A DNA stretch of 64,000 nucleotides from Moniliella sp. 'wahieum' (GCA_003971905.1 RSEE01000041.1:310001-374000), one strand, 5' to 3'; numbered from the stretch's first letter, positions 49,858-63,602 are shown. Translations and numbers: made by a program. Notes: generated by a model not told the origin, from the sequence alone.

Positions 49858-50916
49858 CTAGTAATAGGTCCGCCTTGGTGGCGGAGGAGGGGGTGTCGAA
49901 GGTAGCTGCTCCGCTGCAGACTGAGGCTGGGCTCGAGTTGAGTCCGACTGCGCCTCTTCACTCGAGGGACCATCTGGAGCTGCTGGGGTCGCATACCGCT
50001 TCTCATATTCTTGGGCCAACTTGTCCATGTCGGCCTTTTCGTAGGCCAGCGTTAGATCGCGCATTTGAGCTGCCTGCCTCTCCTTGGACTCGAGTTGGGA
50101 ACGCTCCTCCTCTCCTTCTCCTTTTCCGCCAGCTGTTGGGCAAGCCTAGCTGCCTCTGCTGCTTCCTTGGCACGCTTCTCTTCCAGCGCCGCATACGCCG
50201 CCATCAAACCTACCCATCATCAAATCCAAAAAGCAAAAGGTCAGTTGACGAATTTCTCCTTCGCAAGACGGGAGCGACGCACGTTCGGCATACTGTTCGT
50301 CATCGGCTTGGGCCTGTTGAACCTCGCAATTTCGTCATACTCTCCTCTTGGGTCATGCTCCGCCCGGTTCCAATCAGAGGCATATCAGCCTGGCATTGCT
50401 AAGGCTTGTTGGAGCTTTTGCGCAGTACCACGCTGGACCAATTTTTGCCCATTATGACGACGTCCAATGATCGGTCCAGATGGCGCAGGCGGTTCGGACT
50501 GCGTCAGGCCCACTCGACGGAAGCAAGCGGGCCCGACGCAGACCCTGTCCCAATTTGACTTCGTCCCAGTCCAGCGCATCGGGGTCCGACTCGGGCCCCG
50601 CCACAACCGCCCGAGCCGAACGTTCGACCGCATCCAGCGCCTGCATCTGCCGCTTGTGCAGGATCGCCGCGTGCTCTTTTTCTTCCGTGATCGCCGCTGA
50701 ATTACGACCAGCCCCAATGAGCAAGGTAAAGAGGAGGACAAACCCCCCTTGTTTGGCCAGCTTGCGCCGCGGGGACGGGGACGGGGACGGGGACGGGGAC
50801 GGCTGACTGCTAGCGGAGTAAAAGCGCCACTGGTGCAGCGGTGGTGGATGAAGAGCCGACGCCGGAAGCGAAGCATGCGCACGCCAAGCTGGCGCCAGAC
50901 GTATCCGGCTGGCCAT
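49858..50916 (-). CDS. Hypothetical protein, probably mitochondrial membrane; frameshifted, probable intron at about 50211-50283
   Basis: Arg-rich N-terminus (..RFYSASS), one hydrophobic segment GGFVLLFTLLIG, charged coiled-coil-like middle, C-terminal ..RRTYY*. Confidence 0.5.
50771..50800. repeat. (GGGGAC)5 hexamer repeat, encoding SP repeats on the minus strand
   Basis: Read directly from the sequence. Confidence 0.9.
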
Positions 50917-51365
50917 CGCGGGTCGGGAATTGGAGGGGGGAGATTCGAGGTGAGTACGTTGAACTCAACGATGAGGTTGAGGGTCGAGTCAAGGTCATCA
51001 CCCCCCCCACTCCATTGCGATTGCGCTGGCGGCACCAGCAGAAGGGAGGCAAGCGGAATGGACAATGTTCCTCTCGCCCACCCAATTCCGAACATTGGAC
51101 ACGCCCCGCGTTACAGCGTTCGTTCAGCGTGTTCAACTGAACGTTCAACGTTCAACGTTCAATGTTGAAGCTTGCATGATGCATGGAGTTACGAAGCGTG
51201 AGGTATGCGAGGCCACCCCGTTCCTCCTCTGTTCCGCCCCTCTGCGGGTTGCCTGCACCTGATGGCATCGGAAAGCAAAAGCGGGAAGAGGGAAAGGTTG
51301 GGTGCAACGCACGTCACTACCTCACCGATGGATGGCGACAGTAAAATACCGAACGTGTAAGAACT

Positions 51366-51460
51366 GGCAATGTGCCCGAGTGGTTAAGGGGATTGATTCG
51401 AACTCTGTTTGAAATATCAATTAGGCTTCGCCTGCACAGGTTCGAGTCCTGTCATTGTCG
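51366..51460 (+). tRNA. tRNA-Ser(CGA) with a 13-nt intron (51403-51415)
   Basis: Acceptor stem GGCAATG/CATTGTC, anticodon arm ATTGA-TT-CGA-A^A-TCAAT, long variable arm AGGC-TTC-GCCT, GGTTCGAGTCC, discriminator G, T7 terminator. Confidence 0.95.
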
Positions 51461-51778
51461 TTTTTTTGCTCGTATTAGCGCAGATGAGGGGGATTCGCAG
51501 GAATGACTTGTGTTCGGTACGCCGTCGCCATACAAAGGCTAGGCATGCGCTGGTGGAGGATGGGGGGAGGACGGGGGACATGGCATGGATGAGGCTCATC
51601 AGTGCCTATGGACTACGGCGATGACCTAACAGGGCACTGAGCTTGAGCCTGTTTTAGCCCGCCTTGGCGGCCTTGGCTAGGAATAAGAGAACCACATATT
51701 GGTCGCATATTCAGTACCCCACATTGCACTCTGCACCTTTTTTGTGCGACCCACCACCACCTTCCTTTCACCATCTAC

Positions 51779-53137
51779 ATGCTTGCCAGATCTCTCATTA
51801 TTCGCCGCATGCATCCCATGCACCGCCTCGGAACACGCACCGCGACGGCCGGACTGTCGCATAGTGCCCCCATCCCCACCCCCTGCCGCCTGCACCCTCG
51901 ACCATCACGGCCCGCTTTCAGCTTCCGCAGGTGCCGCCGCCGGCATCGACCGCGTTTGCATCCAAGGAGCGCATGGCTACCCGCATTGCCCGTGACTTTC
52001 GTTCTGACACACTCACGGTCCCCAGCGACGAAGCAATTGCGGCCATGGCCAATGCGTCCGTGGGGATGATGTGTACGAAAAGACGCCACCACGAGCGAAT
52101 TTGAGGCCAGTTGGCCGCCCTACTCGGGAAGGAGGCCGCGCTCTTCTGTACCAGTGGCACAGCCAGCAATCAGCTTGCTGTCCGCACCATCTGACTCAGC
52201 CACCTTACAGCCTTTTGTGCGACGCCCGCGCTCACATCTTTCTACGAAGCCGGCAGCAGCGATGCTTACCGGCACTCACACCATCCTGTACTGGCCGAGA
52301 CGAATGGCCACCATATCGTATGGGAAGACTTGGAATCGAAAGTGGTTGCCGACGATGGGGATGTGCATGGAGCTCCCACAGCTGGTGTGCCTGGAGAATA
52401 CCCTCAATGGCACCATCTTTCCCCAAGAGGAGATTGTGCGGATCGGGGAGGAGGTGCACAAACGGGGGATCAAGCTTCATCTCGATGGCGCACGGCTGTG
52501 GAACGTGGCAGCTGAGACAAACATGCCCTTGGCTGAGCTTTGTGAGCCTTTTGACTCGGTCAACCTGTGCCTGTCCAAGGGCCTGGGTGCCCCGATTGGC
52601 TCGGTCCTAGCGGGGAGCAAGCATTTATTGCCAAGGCGCGCCATTTCCGTAAGGCGTTTGGCGGCGGGTTGCGCCAGACTGGGCCTATCGCAGCGGCGGC
52701 CCGCGTGGCGCTTGAGACGGGACTCCCCAAGTTGAAGGCGACGCATGAGCTGGCGCGGTGGGCCCAAACCCAGCTGGAGCAGCTGGGGGTGCAGATTACT
52801 ATCCCGGCCGAGACCAATATGGTGCGTCCTGCCTGCTTTGTTTGGGGCCTGTACTGACTTGTGGCCGGAAAAGCTCTTTATCAACACGCAGCATTGGGGT
52901 TGGCCGGATGAGCTGGTGGAGCGGGCGGCAGGACTGCCTGAGCCGTTGCTGACCTATGGCGAGCGCTTGGTCTTCCACCTCAACACAAGCCCGGAGGCCG
53001 TGGAGGACTTGGTTGGGCTGGTCGCGCAGCTCAAGCGGGAGAAGCTGGCCAACGGCGTTGAGCCCGACGGGGCGCAGGAACGCCGGCGCGCGGGGGGGAG
53101 CATCTACGGGCAGCGCAAGCGCACCGAATCGGCCTAA
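51779..53137 (+). CDS. GLY1: Low-specificity L-threonine aldolase; intron at about 52822-52873
   Basis: RDFRSDTLT, VGDDVY, LFCTSGTASNQLAVRTHL, CLENT, LHLDGARLWN, PLP-lysine motif CLSKGLGAPIGSVL, GGGLRQ. Confidence 0.92.
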
Positions 53138-53382
53138 GGCCTAATCCCATATCCATCCCCAGCCAGCCCGCACCCTCACGCCCAGGCGCGCGCAAGCGAA
53201 GCCGGCCAGAAAGTTGCAGCAGCGGCGCACAAATAGGCATCGGTGCAACAGATGGGGGACAGGCGGACAGGCGTCTTACGTCAGACGGCAATTTTTTTCA
53301 GCAGCGGGTTGCTAGCGAGCCGCACATGGGCTGGCGGTGGAGCCTCTTCTCCCCCACCGGCGTGCTCTCCTCGACCACCGCG

Positions 53383-56163
53383 ATGGCCGGCCACCACCAC
53401 CCCGCAACGCTCACCCAGAGCAACAAGCCCTTCAAGTCCGCCACGCCTCCAAGGGCAGCATCAAGGACGCCGCCAAGGGTTGTCTCCTCCTCCGTGCTGC
53501 CGCCTCTCCTGCTGACCCCCAACTCCCCCCAGGCAAGCCCGCCGACGCGCCCCGCTCCGCCCAGCACAAGGCCACCCCCTTCTCTGGCCCCGGCTCCCGC
53601 CAGGCCCGCCGAAACAACGCCAAGCAGGCAGCCCAGTCCAAGCGTGCTGCCCTGGTCGAGTCCAGCCGCATCTTTGGCGCTGGCACTGCCCCTGGCTTCC
53701 CCGCCCCCGACGCCGACGCCGTCGCGAACGGCCTTGGTCTCGGCAAGGGTGTCTCCTCACCGGAGGTGGGGCTCCCCGCATCTGTGCAGTTGTCGATGTA
53801 GCCGGCGGGGACCCTTGGCTTGCCGTAAGGAGATCGAATCCGAGGGCGAGGAGGGCGGGATCAAGCCAGTCCCAGGACACAGTGCAGCCGAGGCACTGGC
53901 CAAGGGCGATGCCTATAGCGAAGTGGAGGCTACCCGTTTTCGCCAGACCATTCAATTTCTTCCCTCTCCATACGGCGCGCTCTATCCCACCATGGACGCT
54001 TGCAAGTGCCGACTTTGTCCTGCTTGTTCTCTCTTCCACCCGCTCTCGAGCCCGGCTCGTGGGGGGAGCTGTGCTTGCGGGCGCTACAGGCCCAGGGCCT
54101 GCCCACCGTTTTGGTTTGTGCTCCCACACTTCATCCCGAGGGCCAGGCCGGGGTAGGGGGCAGCAAAAAGGCGGGCCCGCTGCAGCGGGCGATCAACGAG
54201 ACGCGCAAGAGTCTCTTGAGCTTTGCTCAGTACTTTGCCCCCGAGGTTGAGAAGGTGCATGCGCTGGATGAACATGCCGAGCGCTCTACGCTGATTCGGA
54301 CCCTAGCAACTGCCACGCCCAAACGCGTTTCATGGCGCGATTTCCGCAGTTGGCTTGTATCAGAGAGCTCCGAGTGGACCGCCAACGAGCAGGACCCCAC
54401 CACAGGTACGCTCCAGGTCAATGGCTGGATCCGGGGCACGCCCATCAGCGCGAACCGCTTGGTTCATATCCCCGACCACGGCGACTTTGAGGTGGAAAGA
54501 TTGTGTATGCGCCGCTACCAACAGTCACTCGGCATGCCAAGCGGCCTGTGGTTATGCCGCCCCAACTTAGCGATACGGAGGAGGTCGAGATGGAGGATGC
54601 TGAGCAGGACACTGCCGAACAAGCTTTGGTCCCGCTTCAGCCGGGGGAAACGCTCGATGAGCGGGACGAGGAGCTGGCTGACGATCTGCGCAGCGTCAAT
54701 TCGGTTGACGATATGGCCAATGAGCAGACATGGCCCACAGAAGAGGAGATTGCGGCTGGAGAAGCTCGGCAACGGGCGGCAGAGATGGGGTCGAGTATGC
54801 CCCTCCTCCTGCTGCTCCAGGCACGACGCCCAAGACAATTGTGCGCAACCCTCGTTTGAAGAAGAACGAGGATGTGGGCGAAAAGTACCGTGCTGCTTGG
54901 ATCATCGAGAGTGATGACGAGGGCAGCGAAGAGGGCGGAGAAGAAGCAGTGATGGATGACGTGGAGGTGGAGTCGAATGCACCGGCTATCTCGGACGCAT
55001 CTGAGGGGGAGGATGAGGAGATGGATTATGACGAGGCAGAGGAGCAAGCCGCGTGGGAGGAATACCAAGCACGCAAGCAGGCCGAGCGCGAGAGGATGAC
55101 GAGAACAAGTTCCCTGACGAGGTGGACACGCCCATGCAAGTGGATGCCCGCCAGCGATTTGCGCGGTACCGTGGACTCAAGTCCTTCCGTACCAGCCCCT
55201 GGGATCCATACGAAGACTCCCTCAAGACTATGCTAAGATCTTCCAGTTTGACAGCTTTTCCCGCACCAAGCGTCGGATTCAAGCCAGCGCGCTTCTTGAC
55301 GGTGTACCCCCGGAACGCGGGTAGGCTTGGTGCTGCGCAATGTGCCTATTGGTGCAGCGATCCAAGCTCGCGCTACAGGGGTGGCCAACCTCCCCCCTCT
55401 AAACGACGGAGAGCGGGTTCCGTTTGTCGTATTTGGTCTGTTGCAGCACGAACACAAGATGAGCGTACAGAACATTGCCGTCACCCGCAACACTGAGTTC
55501 ACCGAGCCTGTGCGGAGCAAAGATGAGCTGGTCATGTGTCTCGGGCCGAGGCGGTACATCACACGGCCACAGTACTCGATGAACACCCTTTCTCAAGGAA
55601 AAATGAGCAACGGGGTACACAAGTGGCAACGCTTCCTTCCCACGGATCGCAGCCAGCATTGCCACCGTTTATGCTCCGATCACGTTTGGCGCTGCCCAGC
55701 CCCCGGTTGTGTTTTTCAAACAGCGGAACGCAGCCGCTGGGGAGGCTGGGTACGACCAACGTGGTGTCGGTGCTGCTCAGACGCCCCACCTCGTTGGACG
55801 GGCAGTCTGTTGGGTGCGCAACCAACCCGGATCAATGCCAAGCGCATCTTCCTCACTGGGCATCCGTTCAAGGTGCACAAAAGACGGCCACGATCCGGTG
55901 GATGTTTTTCAACCCCGAAGACGTGCGCTACTTCCAGCCCATCACTTTGCATACGAAGCACGGCCGCTCGGAACATCACCGAACCCCTCGGCACCCACGG
56001 CTACTTCAAGGCTCACTTTGATGGACCGATTACGCAGATGGATACGGTGATGCTGCCGCTCTACAAGCGGGTTTACCCGCGTTGGCCCACCCCCTTCACG
56101 GCTTCACGCGTGGAGATGCCGCTGCCGCGGAGCGAGGTAGAGTATGAGGAAGATGACGAGTAG
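53383..56163 (+). CDS. TSR1: Pre-40S ribosome biogenesis factor Tsr1
   Basis: MAGHHH..QSNKPFKSRHASKG, GWIRG..NRLVHIPDHGDF, NEQTWPTEEE, FPDEVDTP..ARQRFARYRGLKSFRTSPWDPYE, LTGHPFKVHK, EPLGTHGYFKAHFDG..LYKRVYP. Confidence 0.95.
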
Positions 56164-56415
56164 TCTTCTGCTAATCATTGATGGTTTTTGCCTGCCTTGC
56201 TCCATCTTGTTGGATGTGCAGTGGGAGTGGGATTTGCATGTTTAACGTTACCCCTAATCGGTTCCCTATAGTCGAAGTAAATAAAACACGTAAAAGACGC
56301 AGACGGTCATAATAATTGAACTTTTTGGGTGGCATCGTGCATCGTCACGCCCCCACCCGGCGGGCGGACTCCCGCAGCTTCCATCACCTTGCCTTCCATC
56401 GACACGCGCGCGGTG

Positions 56416-58121
56416 ATGGGGATGAGAGTCTTTATGCTGGCCGCAGCGCTGGCCGTGGCGTGTGTGCCGAGCGCGCTGGCTGAAGCATACCATGAACGTC
56501 TTACGCTTCGCCCGCTCGACGACGGCCATGTCCACGCCCTCTTCAACTTCACTTTTGCCGCCCCGGCGGCGCGCAACGGAGGCGCGGCCGTCGGCTCGGA
56601 AGACATTGCTGTCCAGAGCTTTCGTGTGCTGCCGCGCGCACTTATCCAGCTCAGCGACGTGGCTGGTGTAGAAAGGCTGGACCTGAGTCTGAACCGCGGC
56701 GCGTGGGACTATGCTGCCTGGGGCAGTCCCCTGTGGTCCGGCGGGGGCCACGATGCGGTTGGCACGGCGCTGAAATTGTCGCCCAGCTGCGGCCGCAGTC
56801 GACCCCCCGCTTCATCACGAAACCTGGATCGAGCAGCTTTTCCCCCCCACCAACGTTGCTCCGGCCGGTCTGTTGGCGCAGTGGCGGACGTTGACCGCTG
56901 GCCTGGCCGGTTTGTTCTGTGCGTCGCTGGACACGGCCGCGGACCAGGTGGTGCTTCCTTCGCACAAGTCGGTCCTCCACGCTTTTCTTCCCGCCGAAGG
57001 AATCTGCACCGAGAACCTGAGTCCGATGGTTCGCATGCTTCCTTGCCACGCGGCTGGTGGCATCGGATCGCTGCTCAACCCTCACCACATCTTCGACTCG
57101 GCCTTCCATGGGATGAGCGTTCGAGTGCACCGGACCGCCACTGGTTGGGAAGTATACCTTCTCTTCCAAGCCGTCTTTACCCCCGCTGCCCCTGCTGAGG
57201 CTCTGATGACTCCTGTTGCGGATCGGCCATGGTCCATGGCAGGATTGTTTGGCCGCCCTCTTACCGGACGTGCCCTGTGGCCAACTCGTCCGAGGTCTGG
57301 TCATCAAGCCTCGTCGGCCCGCGCGCTTGCTGGCGCTGGAGGAGTTCCCCATGGACATTACATTTGATGCCGAGGTGGCGCTACCGCTTAACATTGACCT
57401 GGCTTGGAACACCAATTCTACCGCTTCGGTTACCCGCCCAGACACGGAACTGTTGAGCGCCTCGCGTGCCGTGATCAGCTCAAGCCAGAACGGGGCCACA
57501 TTGAGGTACGAATCGTTAATGCCGACCCCCTTTTGGAACGGAGAGTGCTCTATACCGATGTGCTACCCGCCTTGATTCGTCCCTACCTCCATACCATCCA
57601 ACTGGACACTACTGCCTTGCCGCCCGCCGGGACGTTTGAACCCCGAAGTGGTGCAGTTCCGCCAGGAAACGCTACTCGGCAGGCTGCTCCACCTCTCCCA
57701 TACCCCAGGCGAGACAAGAGGAGGCGATTTGAATCCAGGCCGGGCCCGACCAGGGGTACTGCAGATGGAACTCGCCATCCCTCCCGCCAGTACGGTGAGC
57801 GTGTCGTATGCGATTGACAAGGCCATGCTGCGCTACACTGACCATCCGCCCGATGCCCACCGAGGCTTCGACTTGCCCCCGGCAGTGATCCAACCACTGG
57901 ATGCGGGTAGATTGCCCGACTCCCCCCGACCGTTGCGCAAGGCAAGTCGGCTGGACTTGGTCCGGCGCTACACCCAGCCGGCCCTGGTGGAACTGGCGGT
58001 GCCGGACTTTAGCATGCCCTACAACGTCATCATCATGGTTTCAACCATCATAGCGCTCTTCTTTGGATCGGTGTTCAACAACCTCTATCGCTCCTATGTG
58101 GACGTGGTGGTGCCCAAGTAG
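56416..58121 (+). CDS. GPI16: GPI transamidase subunit Gpi16/PIG-T
   Basis: Signal peptide, YHERLTLRPLDDG, LAGLFCASL, EGICTENLSP..LPC..GIGSLL, LRYTDHPPDAHRGF, PDFSMPYNVII plus TM helix. Confidence 0.95.
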
Positions 58122-58262
58122 CCCACTCCAACCCAAATTGACCGTTACTGTACCTGGAATGTTTTATTCGGGAGCGAAATGCAAGGCGTAACAGGTTATA
58201 ATGTACAAACATATGGTAGGAAGTACCCAACAAGCGACATGAAGTGCCAACTGTCGGCCAAC

Positions 58263-61200
58263 TCACAACAAGCCATTCTCCTTCAGCATCTTGGTAATCT
58301 TTTTCTCGTCCCGCTCCCGCGGCTCCAGCTGGAGTGATAGCTGGTACAACGCATCGTCAGAGGGAACCTCGACAAGACTGTCTTGGATGAACCGCTGGAT
58401 GCCCTGGACCGGGGTAAGCACGTAGGGCGTACTCTGGTAGGTACCAATCTCTTTGATCACTTCGGCTGTCATGCGATGCTTGGCAAAGTTGATAAACTGG
58501 TTGGAGCGAAGCAGGTCCGGGTTGCCCTCGTCGATGAAGGTTAGGTCGGTCAAATATACACCCAAAAAGGGCACGCAAGGTGGGTTGAGGTTGTGAATCA
58601 TATCGCGGTACTGGGCAAAGTTCTTGGTGTTGAACAGGACCTTGTTGAGCGAGTTGAACGTGTCTCGGTTCTTGGTGCTGACCAGTTGCCACGTTGCACG
58701 CACGCACGGTAGATGGCGGCGCTGTTGAGCCCACTGACAATGGCCGTCATGGAGGCAAAGTTGTGCAGCTGGCGGCACCGGTCGGCAATCTGGATGAAGT
58801 GCCGCACCCATTGCGCCCGCCCTCTGGCATCGGACTGAAGAAGAATGGATTCGACAACCCAGCCGGTCACCTTGTTGCCGTCGCGACAATCTCTTTGACG
58901 TGGGGAGAGCGGTGTGTCCGTCTGGCTTGGCCCAGTTGCAATCGAGACTCTTGAGGGCGGATGCGGCCAAACGCATCCGCCTCGCGGATGGTGAACTGGC
59001 GTGCCATCTCAAGTGGATCAATGTCGAGAAATTTGAGGTGCTTGGCGGACAGGTTGGGCAAGATGGGGGGAGGCGCATTGCTAGTATTGATCGAAAGGGT
59101 CTTGCGTAAATGCCATCCGCACTGCGTACCGTCCTCCCTTCTTCGATCCAGAGCACGAAGCAGCTGGTTTTGGGCGAGACCCGACATGTCGTTCTTAATA
59201 AAAACAGCAATCTTGTCCAACACTTGATCATCCTTCTCGTCCCACGAGTAGGTCTCGAGCCACGTTTTGAGCGCGTTTTGAACTCGGAGCTGGATCGGGC
59301 GTTGCTTTTTGGTCACCCAAAGTGTCTGCTCTTTCTCCTCAGACCATTCGGCATCGGCAGTCGGAACCGCTCAAAGAGCATGTCCAACAATTCTTCTGTG
59401 CTGATGAAGGAACGGTAGGTTAGAAGAAAGGTGTTGTTGAAGGAAGGGTCGTAGTTGTCGTGCATGGTAAAGTGTTGGATGAGGGCACGGGACGTGCCAG
59501 CCTTGACCATCCCATTCTTGCCGAACAAAATGCTGTCTGACGAAATATCGCCCTCTAAAAACCAAGGAACAGGTTCCTCCGATGCCTTGGAGGAAGGCGG
59601 CGGAGCCAGTGTAACCGACGCGGATGGAGAGTCGAGGTGCGGTGGCACATCCTCTGCCGATGGAGCCAGAGACGGAGTGGCAGAAGTTCGCTTGCGTTCC
59701 TGCGGTGGAAGTTCCGTACCAAGAGAAAAGGGACCTGGGGACGATGAATCGTCCATAAAAAACTTTCGCAACCTCTCCGCCCGCGACAAGCGGGCCGAAT
59801 CGGCTACTGTACGTATTGGGCACGACCTTGAGCAGATGGAGACCTTGAAAGTGGAAGAGACAGGTCCCCCGAATTGACGGGGGTAGGTGGGGCAGAGGAA
59901 AAACTTTTCCTGCCATGAACCTTATTCGTTCCTGACAAGAGGCTCGTGGGCAGCCTCGGTCCCCGGCGGCCCCACTTGGCAAACGTTTTGCCCTCTGTTT
60001 GAGACGTTCTGGACGATCTTCTCTCCTCGCCGAGTTGGCAAAAGAACTGGCATTCTCAGGAAAGGTGACATTGCTGCTGCTGGCGCTGCTGGGCGCACGT
60101 CCTGTTGGAACACGGCTAAGACGGCTGTCGGAGCTGTCTGACCGACCGCGAACGCCCAAGCCAGATGCGGGGATGTACGCATAGGCAGACCGCTACTATC
60201 GTGGTGGGTACGCGCAGTAATGTTCAAGGTGCTTTGGGGGACGCTCCAGTCAACAGGTCCGTATATTTTGCTCCGTGCTCCGCAGTAGCTTGATGGAGAC
60301 GACTGCTGCTCTGTTTGCAACTCGAATAACTGGGTCATCGCATCATGAATCTTCCCGAGATTTGCGTCGACCTCACTGAGCAGAGGGATCAGGTCCTCGA
60401 CACTCTGGGGGGCAAAGTGAGCCCGTCATTTGCCAGGCCATCTTGCGCACAGACAAAAATCTCATTAGCACCATCATAGAGATTTGCTTGGCTGGATGAA
60501 ACGCTGAACGAGCATACGGGCATGCGCGGCACTCTTGGCAGACGGATCACGAGGTTCTTCCCCCCCGCTAGGTCCATCGTAGTCCAACCGACAGCCAAGT
60601 CCACATCCTCTAGAAGGGTAAGGTATGTTCCCACGCGATAAAGCATCGTTCGCGTCTTCTCGAGAAACATGTCGTACGAAGGTAAACCAGAGGGACTAAG
60701 ATCCGACCGCCTTCTGGCCCTTGCGCATCCACCAAGGCGCGGAGCTCGGCCGCCTGGCTCGCACATCGTTCTCCTGTGGGTGCAAAAACTGGGCGAGGTG
60801 AACAGAAAGCTCTTGGTTGGGTCGGCGGCTGAGATGAACGTGGCCGCGAGCCAGAAGGATTTGGGTGTCTGAAGCCAAGTCGAAAGGATTGGTGAAGGCG
60901 CCCATTGCCTCGGCGCGGAGACAATCCATCTCATTGGCAGAGGGCAAGACGAACCCGCTGCCCCTCCATCCGGCCGCCGACCCACCACTGAGAGAATTCG
61001 GATCAATTCCCGCCGCACCGTGAGAGCTGCGGAGAGAAGGAAGTACAGCCCGGGCCAGTGCAGCTCTGACGAGCGGCAGGACTCCCTTCGAAAGCGATAC
61101 TGATCCAGTTCAGCCGAAGTTCACACGCCGTCTGCAAAAGCTCAGTTGTGCTGTCGCGTAGCACCCTCCTTTTGTTGAAGTATACGCGATGACAGGGTCG

Positions 61201-62918
61201 CACGCCCGTAGGCAGCTCTCTCGCTGCTGTCCAAAGGATTCCACTGGGCCTCGAGGCGGTAGAGATAGATAAGTTTGTCCGAAGTGACCATGAGCCGAGC
61301 CAGGCATTGAAGGATGGCAGTGGCAGGAAGTGCGACGGTTCGGGGGATGTTGGCACTGAGACTCGAGGAAGGTCTCCTTCCGAAGGAGGATGCGGAGGAT
61401 CCACGGGCCTGGCGACGACGGGGACGCGCATCAAGGGGGTCCGAGGTCAAAATAAAGTCCCCTGGAGAGTTCAGCAGGTCGTCCATCTCCTCCTCCGAAA
61501 CTGGAAGCACTCCTGAAGCATAGAGAAGCGAGCGGGCCGCAGGCAAAAAACGGTCAAAACTCTCGTGCCATCGCCTGCTGATGGTGTCGCCAGAAATTGA
61601 ACTTTGATCGAGATCGGTCACCACGCTGATAAGTCCAGGCAGGTGCCGAGCCATCGCCTCATGGGCCTCGTTAAGCTTGGCCATCGCTGTGTCGCCCGGT
61701 TCCAATTGAAACTGGAGCGCCAACGCCTCTTCAAGCTCGACTTGCAGACGTGGCGGGGCATCTCGGGGGATGGCAGTAAGAGAGGTCAAATTTGCAGCCA
61801 AAGTAGTGTTTCGTAATGGTCTTGGAGAAGATGAGGACACGCTGTCCACTTTGGCACCCAGTAGGACAGGGGCAGGGGTTTTTCCTGGCAGCTGGGACAA
61901 AGGTGACCCAAGCTCGGTCACACCTTGGCCAGCGCTTGGTAGCGGCTGGTGCCACTGCACCTCTCCGGTTGAAGGGTGATAATAGAAAAAGGCTGTCTCA
62001 TCCTCGTTCACGCGCAACACCCACGGGTAAGGAGGCTTGGTCTGCACCATATCGATGGACAGATGTTGGATGCGATTCTCGGGGTACATCGCCGAGGCCG
62101 CTCAAAGAAAGCGAGCCGGGCGCAAGTCTGGGATTGGGACTCGGTACATCTTCGCTCCGACTTCGTCGATGGTGGGAAGCCGAGGGCAGAGGCGTCACCT
62201 AAGTATTGTCAGTACATCTGGCATAAGGATACATGCACACATGCGAGCAGAGCAGCGCTCACCTGAGGGGCGCTCCCACGGCGGGCGTTGGTGGGTGGCT
62301 GTTTGGCGGAGCGCCCGGTGGCGTGACGGATGGACTTGAAGCTGATTCCGGCTCGGAGGGAGCGAATGGGGTCTAGACGCTGCGAAAGCGTATGTGACGA
62401 AGCTTCATCATCAGGCAGCCGAGCATTGGAAAAGGTCTGGCTGAGCGAGCTGCCCATCGGGACGCCCGTCACGGTCGACGAGCTGTCAGACTCCTCGGCA
62501 ACAGAAGAGACGGACTGCCCAACATGGAGTATTGTCTCATTGGGTGCGTTTGGATGGCCGTCGTCCACCTCTTCGTAATCACTGGCGGCGCCGAACGCGA
62601 CTGGGTGGTTGACAGGGACAGGAGGGGACGAGAGGACGAGGTCGTCGTCCAGGTAGAGAGACTCGGCCTCGGAGCGCGAGAGAGGCTGGACGAAGTTGCT
62701 GGGGAACCATCCGCGCACGGGTGTCTCATCGTCGTCCCCGAGCAGCAGGCCGTCCCACCATCCGGTGTCGAGCTGGTTAAGGACTTGGATGATGGCGTCC
62801 TGGCGGAAGGAGAACGCGTTGGGGTCGGCCGCAGTATAGTCGTAGAGGGTGCGCACAAAGAGCGGCTCGCCGGGCGAGGGTGGGTCGGGTCGGGGCGGAT
62901 CGGCGCAGTGGAGGGCAT
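58263..62918 (-). CDS. CDC25: Ras guanine-nucleotide exchange factor, CDC25/Sql2 type (SH3-WW-REM-RasGEF); start approximate
   Basis: SH3 VRTLYDY..GWWDG..RGWFPSNFV; WW-like YPW..FFYYHPSTGEVQW; REM KAGT..LIQHFT..TFLLTYRSF; GEF DIDPLEMARQFT, LHNFASM, PPCVPFLGVYLTDLTFIDEGNPD..INFAK..SLQLEPRE. Confidence 0.92.
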
Positions 62919-62964
62919 GTGGCGCGGGTGGGGGGGGGGCGGAGGAGCGGGGGGGCGGTTTGAA

Positions 62965-63011
62965 TACGGTGGTGAGTACGGTGGTGAGTACGGTGGTGGA
63001 TACGGTGGTGA
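62965..63011. repeat. 12-bp minisatellite (TACGGTGGTGAG) x4
   Basis: Read directly from the sequence; lies just upstream of the probable RasGEF start codon. Confidence 0.85.
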
Positions 63012-63550
63012 TTACCGTGTTGAATGCGATGTCGGATGGGAAAGTCGATGCAAGGGTGCTGTGTGCTGCTGCTGCTGCGTGCTGCCTACGCCTACTAGTA
63101 CTGCCTACTGCCAAGTGCGACTCACCGCGTCTGCATGTAGATCGCATTCCGCGGCCGAGGGACGCGCCGGTCGTGTGCGAGCGGGGTGCGGCTCGGGGCC
63201 AGTGTGGCTGCCCGCCCGCTCCAATTGCAATTGCAATTGCAATCGCAATTTCCATCCCCAGTCCCCACTCGCCCGGGGCGATCCCAATCCCATCCCACAC
63301 ACAGATTTCCCATCTCACCCGCCCTTCCGCACGGGCCTGCCCAAGCCGAGCGGGAGCTACTAGCTACGGGCCATGGACGCACCCCAGCCGCTGCTATCGA
63401 CCCGCTCGGTAGTATCCAATCCGTCCTCGATCCGCACGGAAAGGACTGTGGCTTTCAGATGCCCCTCCCAGATGCCCCCCTCGAACCCCCTCGAACCCCT
63501 TTCGAGGGGAACACATGTAGACGTTTTTCTCAGGCCTCAGCCAACGGTCC

Positions 63551-63602
63551 GGTCACCTGTCACCTGTCACATGTCACATGTCACTGTCACATGTCACCTG
63601 TC
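63551..63602. repeat. Period-7 micro-array (CATG-TCA)n with degenerate units
   Basis: ggtcacctgtcacctgtcacatgtcacatgtcactgtcacatgtcacctgtc. Confidence 0.9.

Noticed and set aside
62919..63318. N-terminal extension of the RasGEF predicted by the ORF track
   Set aside because: It translates simple repeats (IAIAIA, TTVL) from a non-ATG start and is more likely 5' UTR; the ATG at 62918 with one frameshift is more plausible
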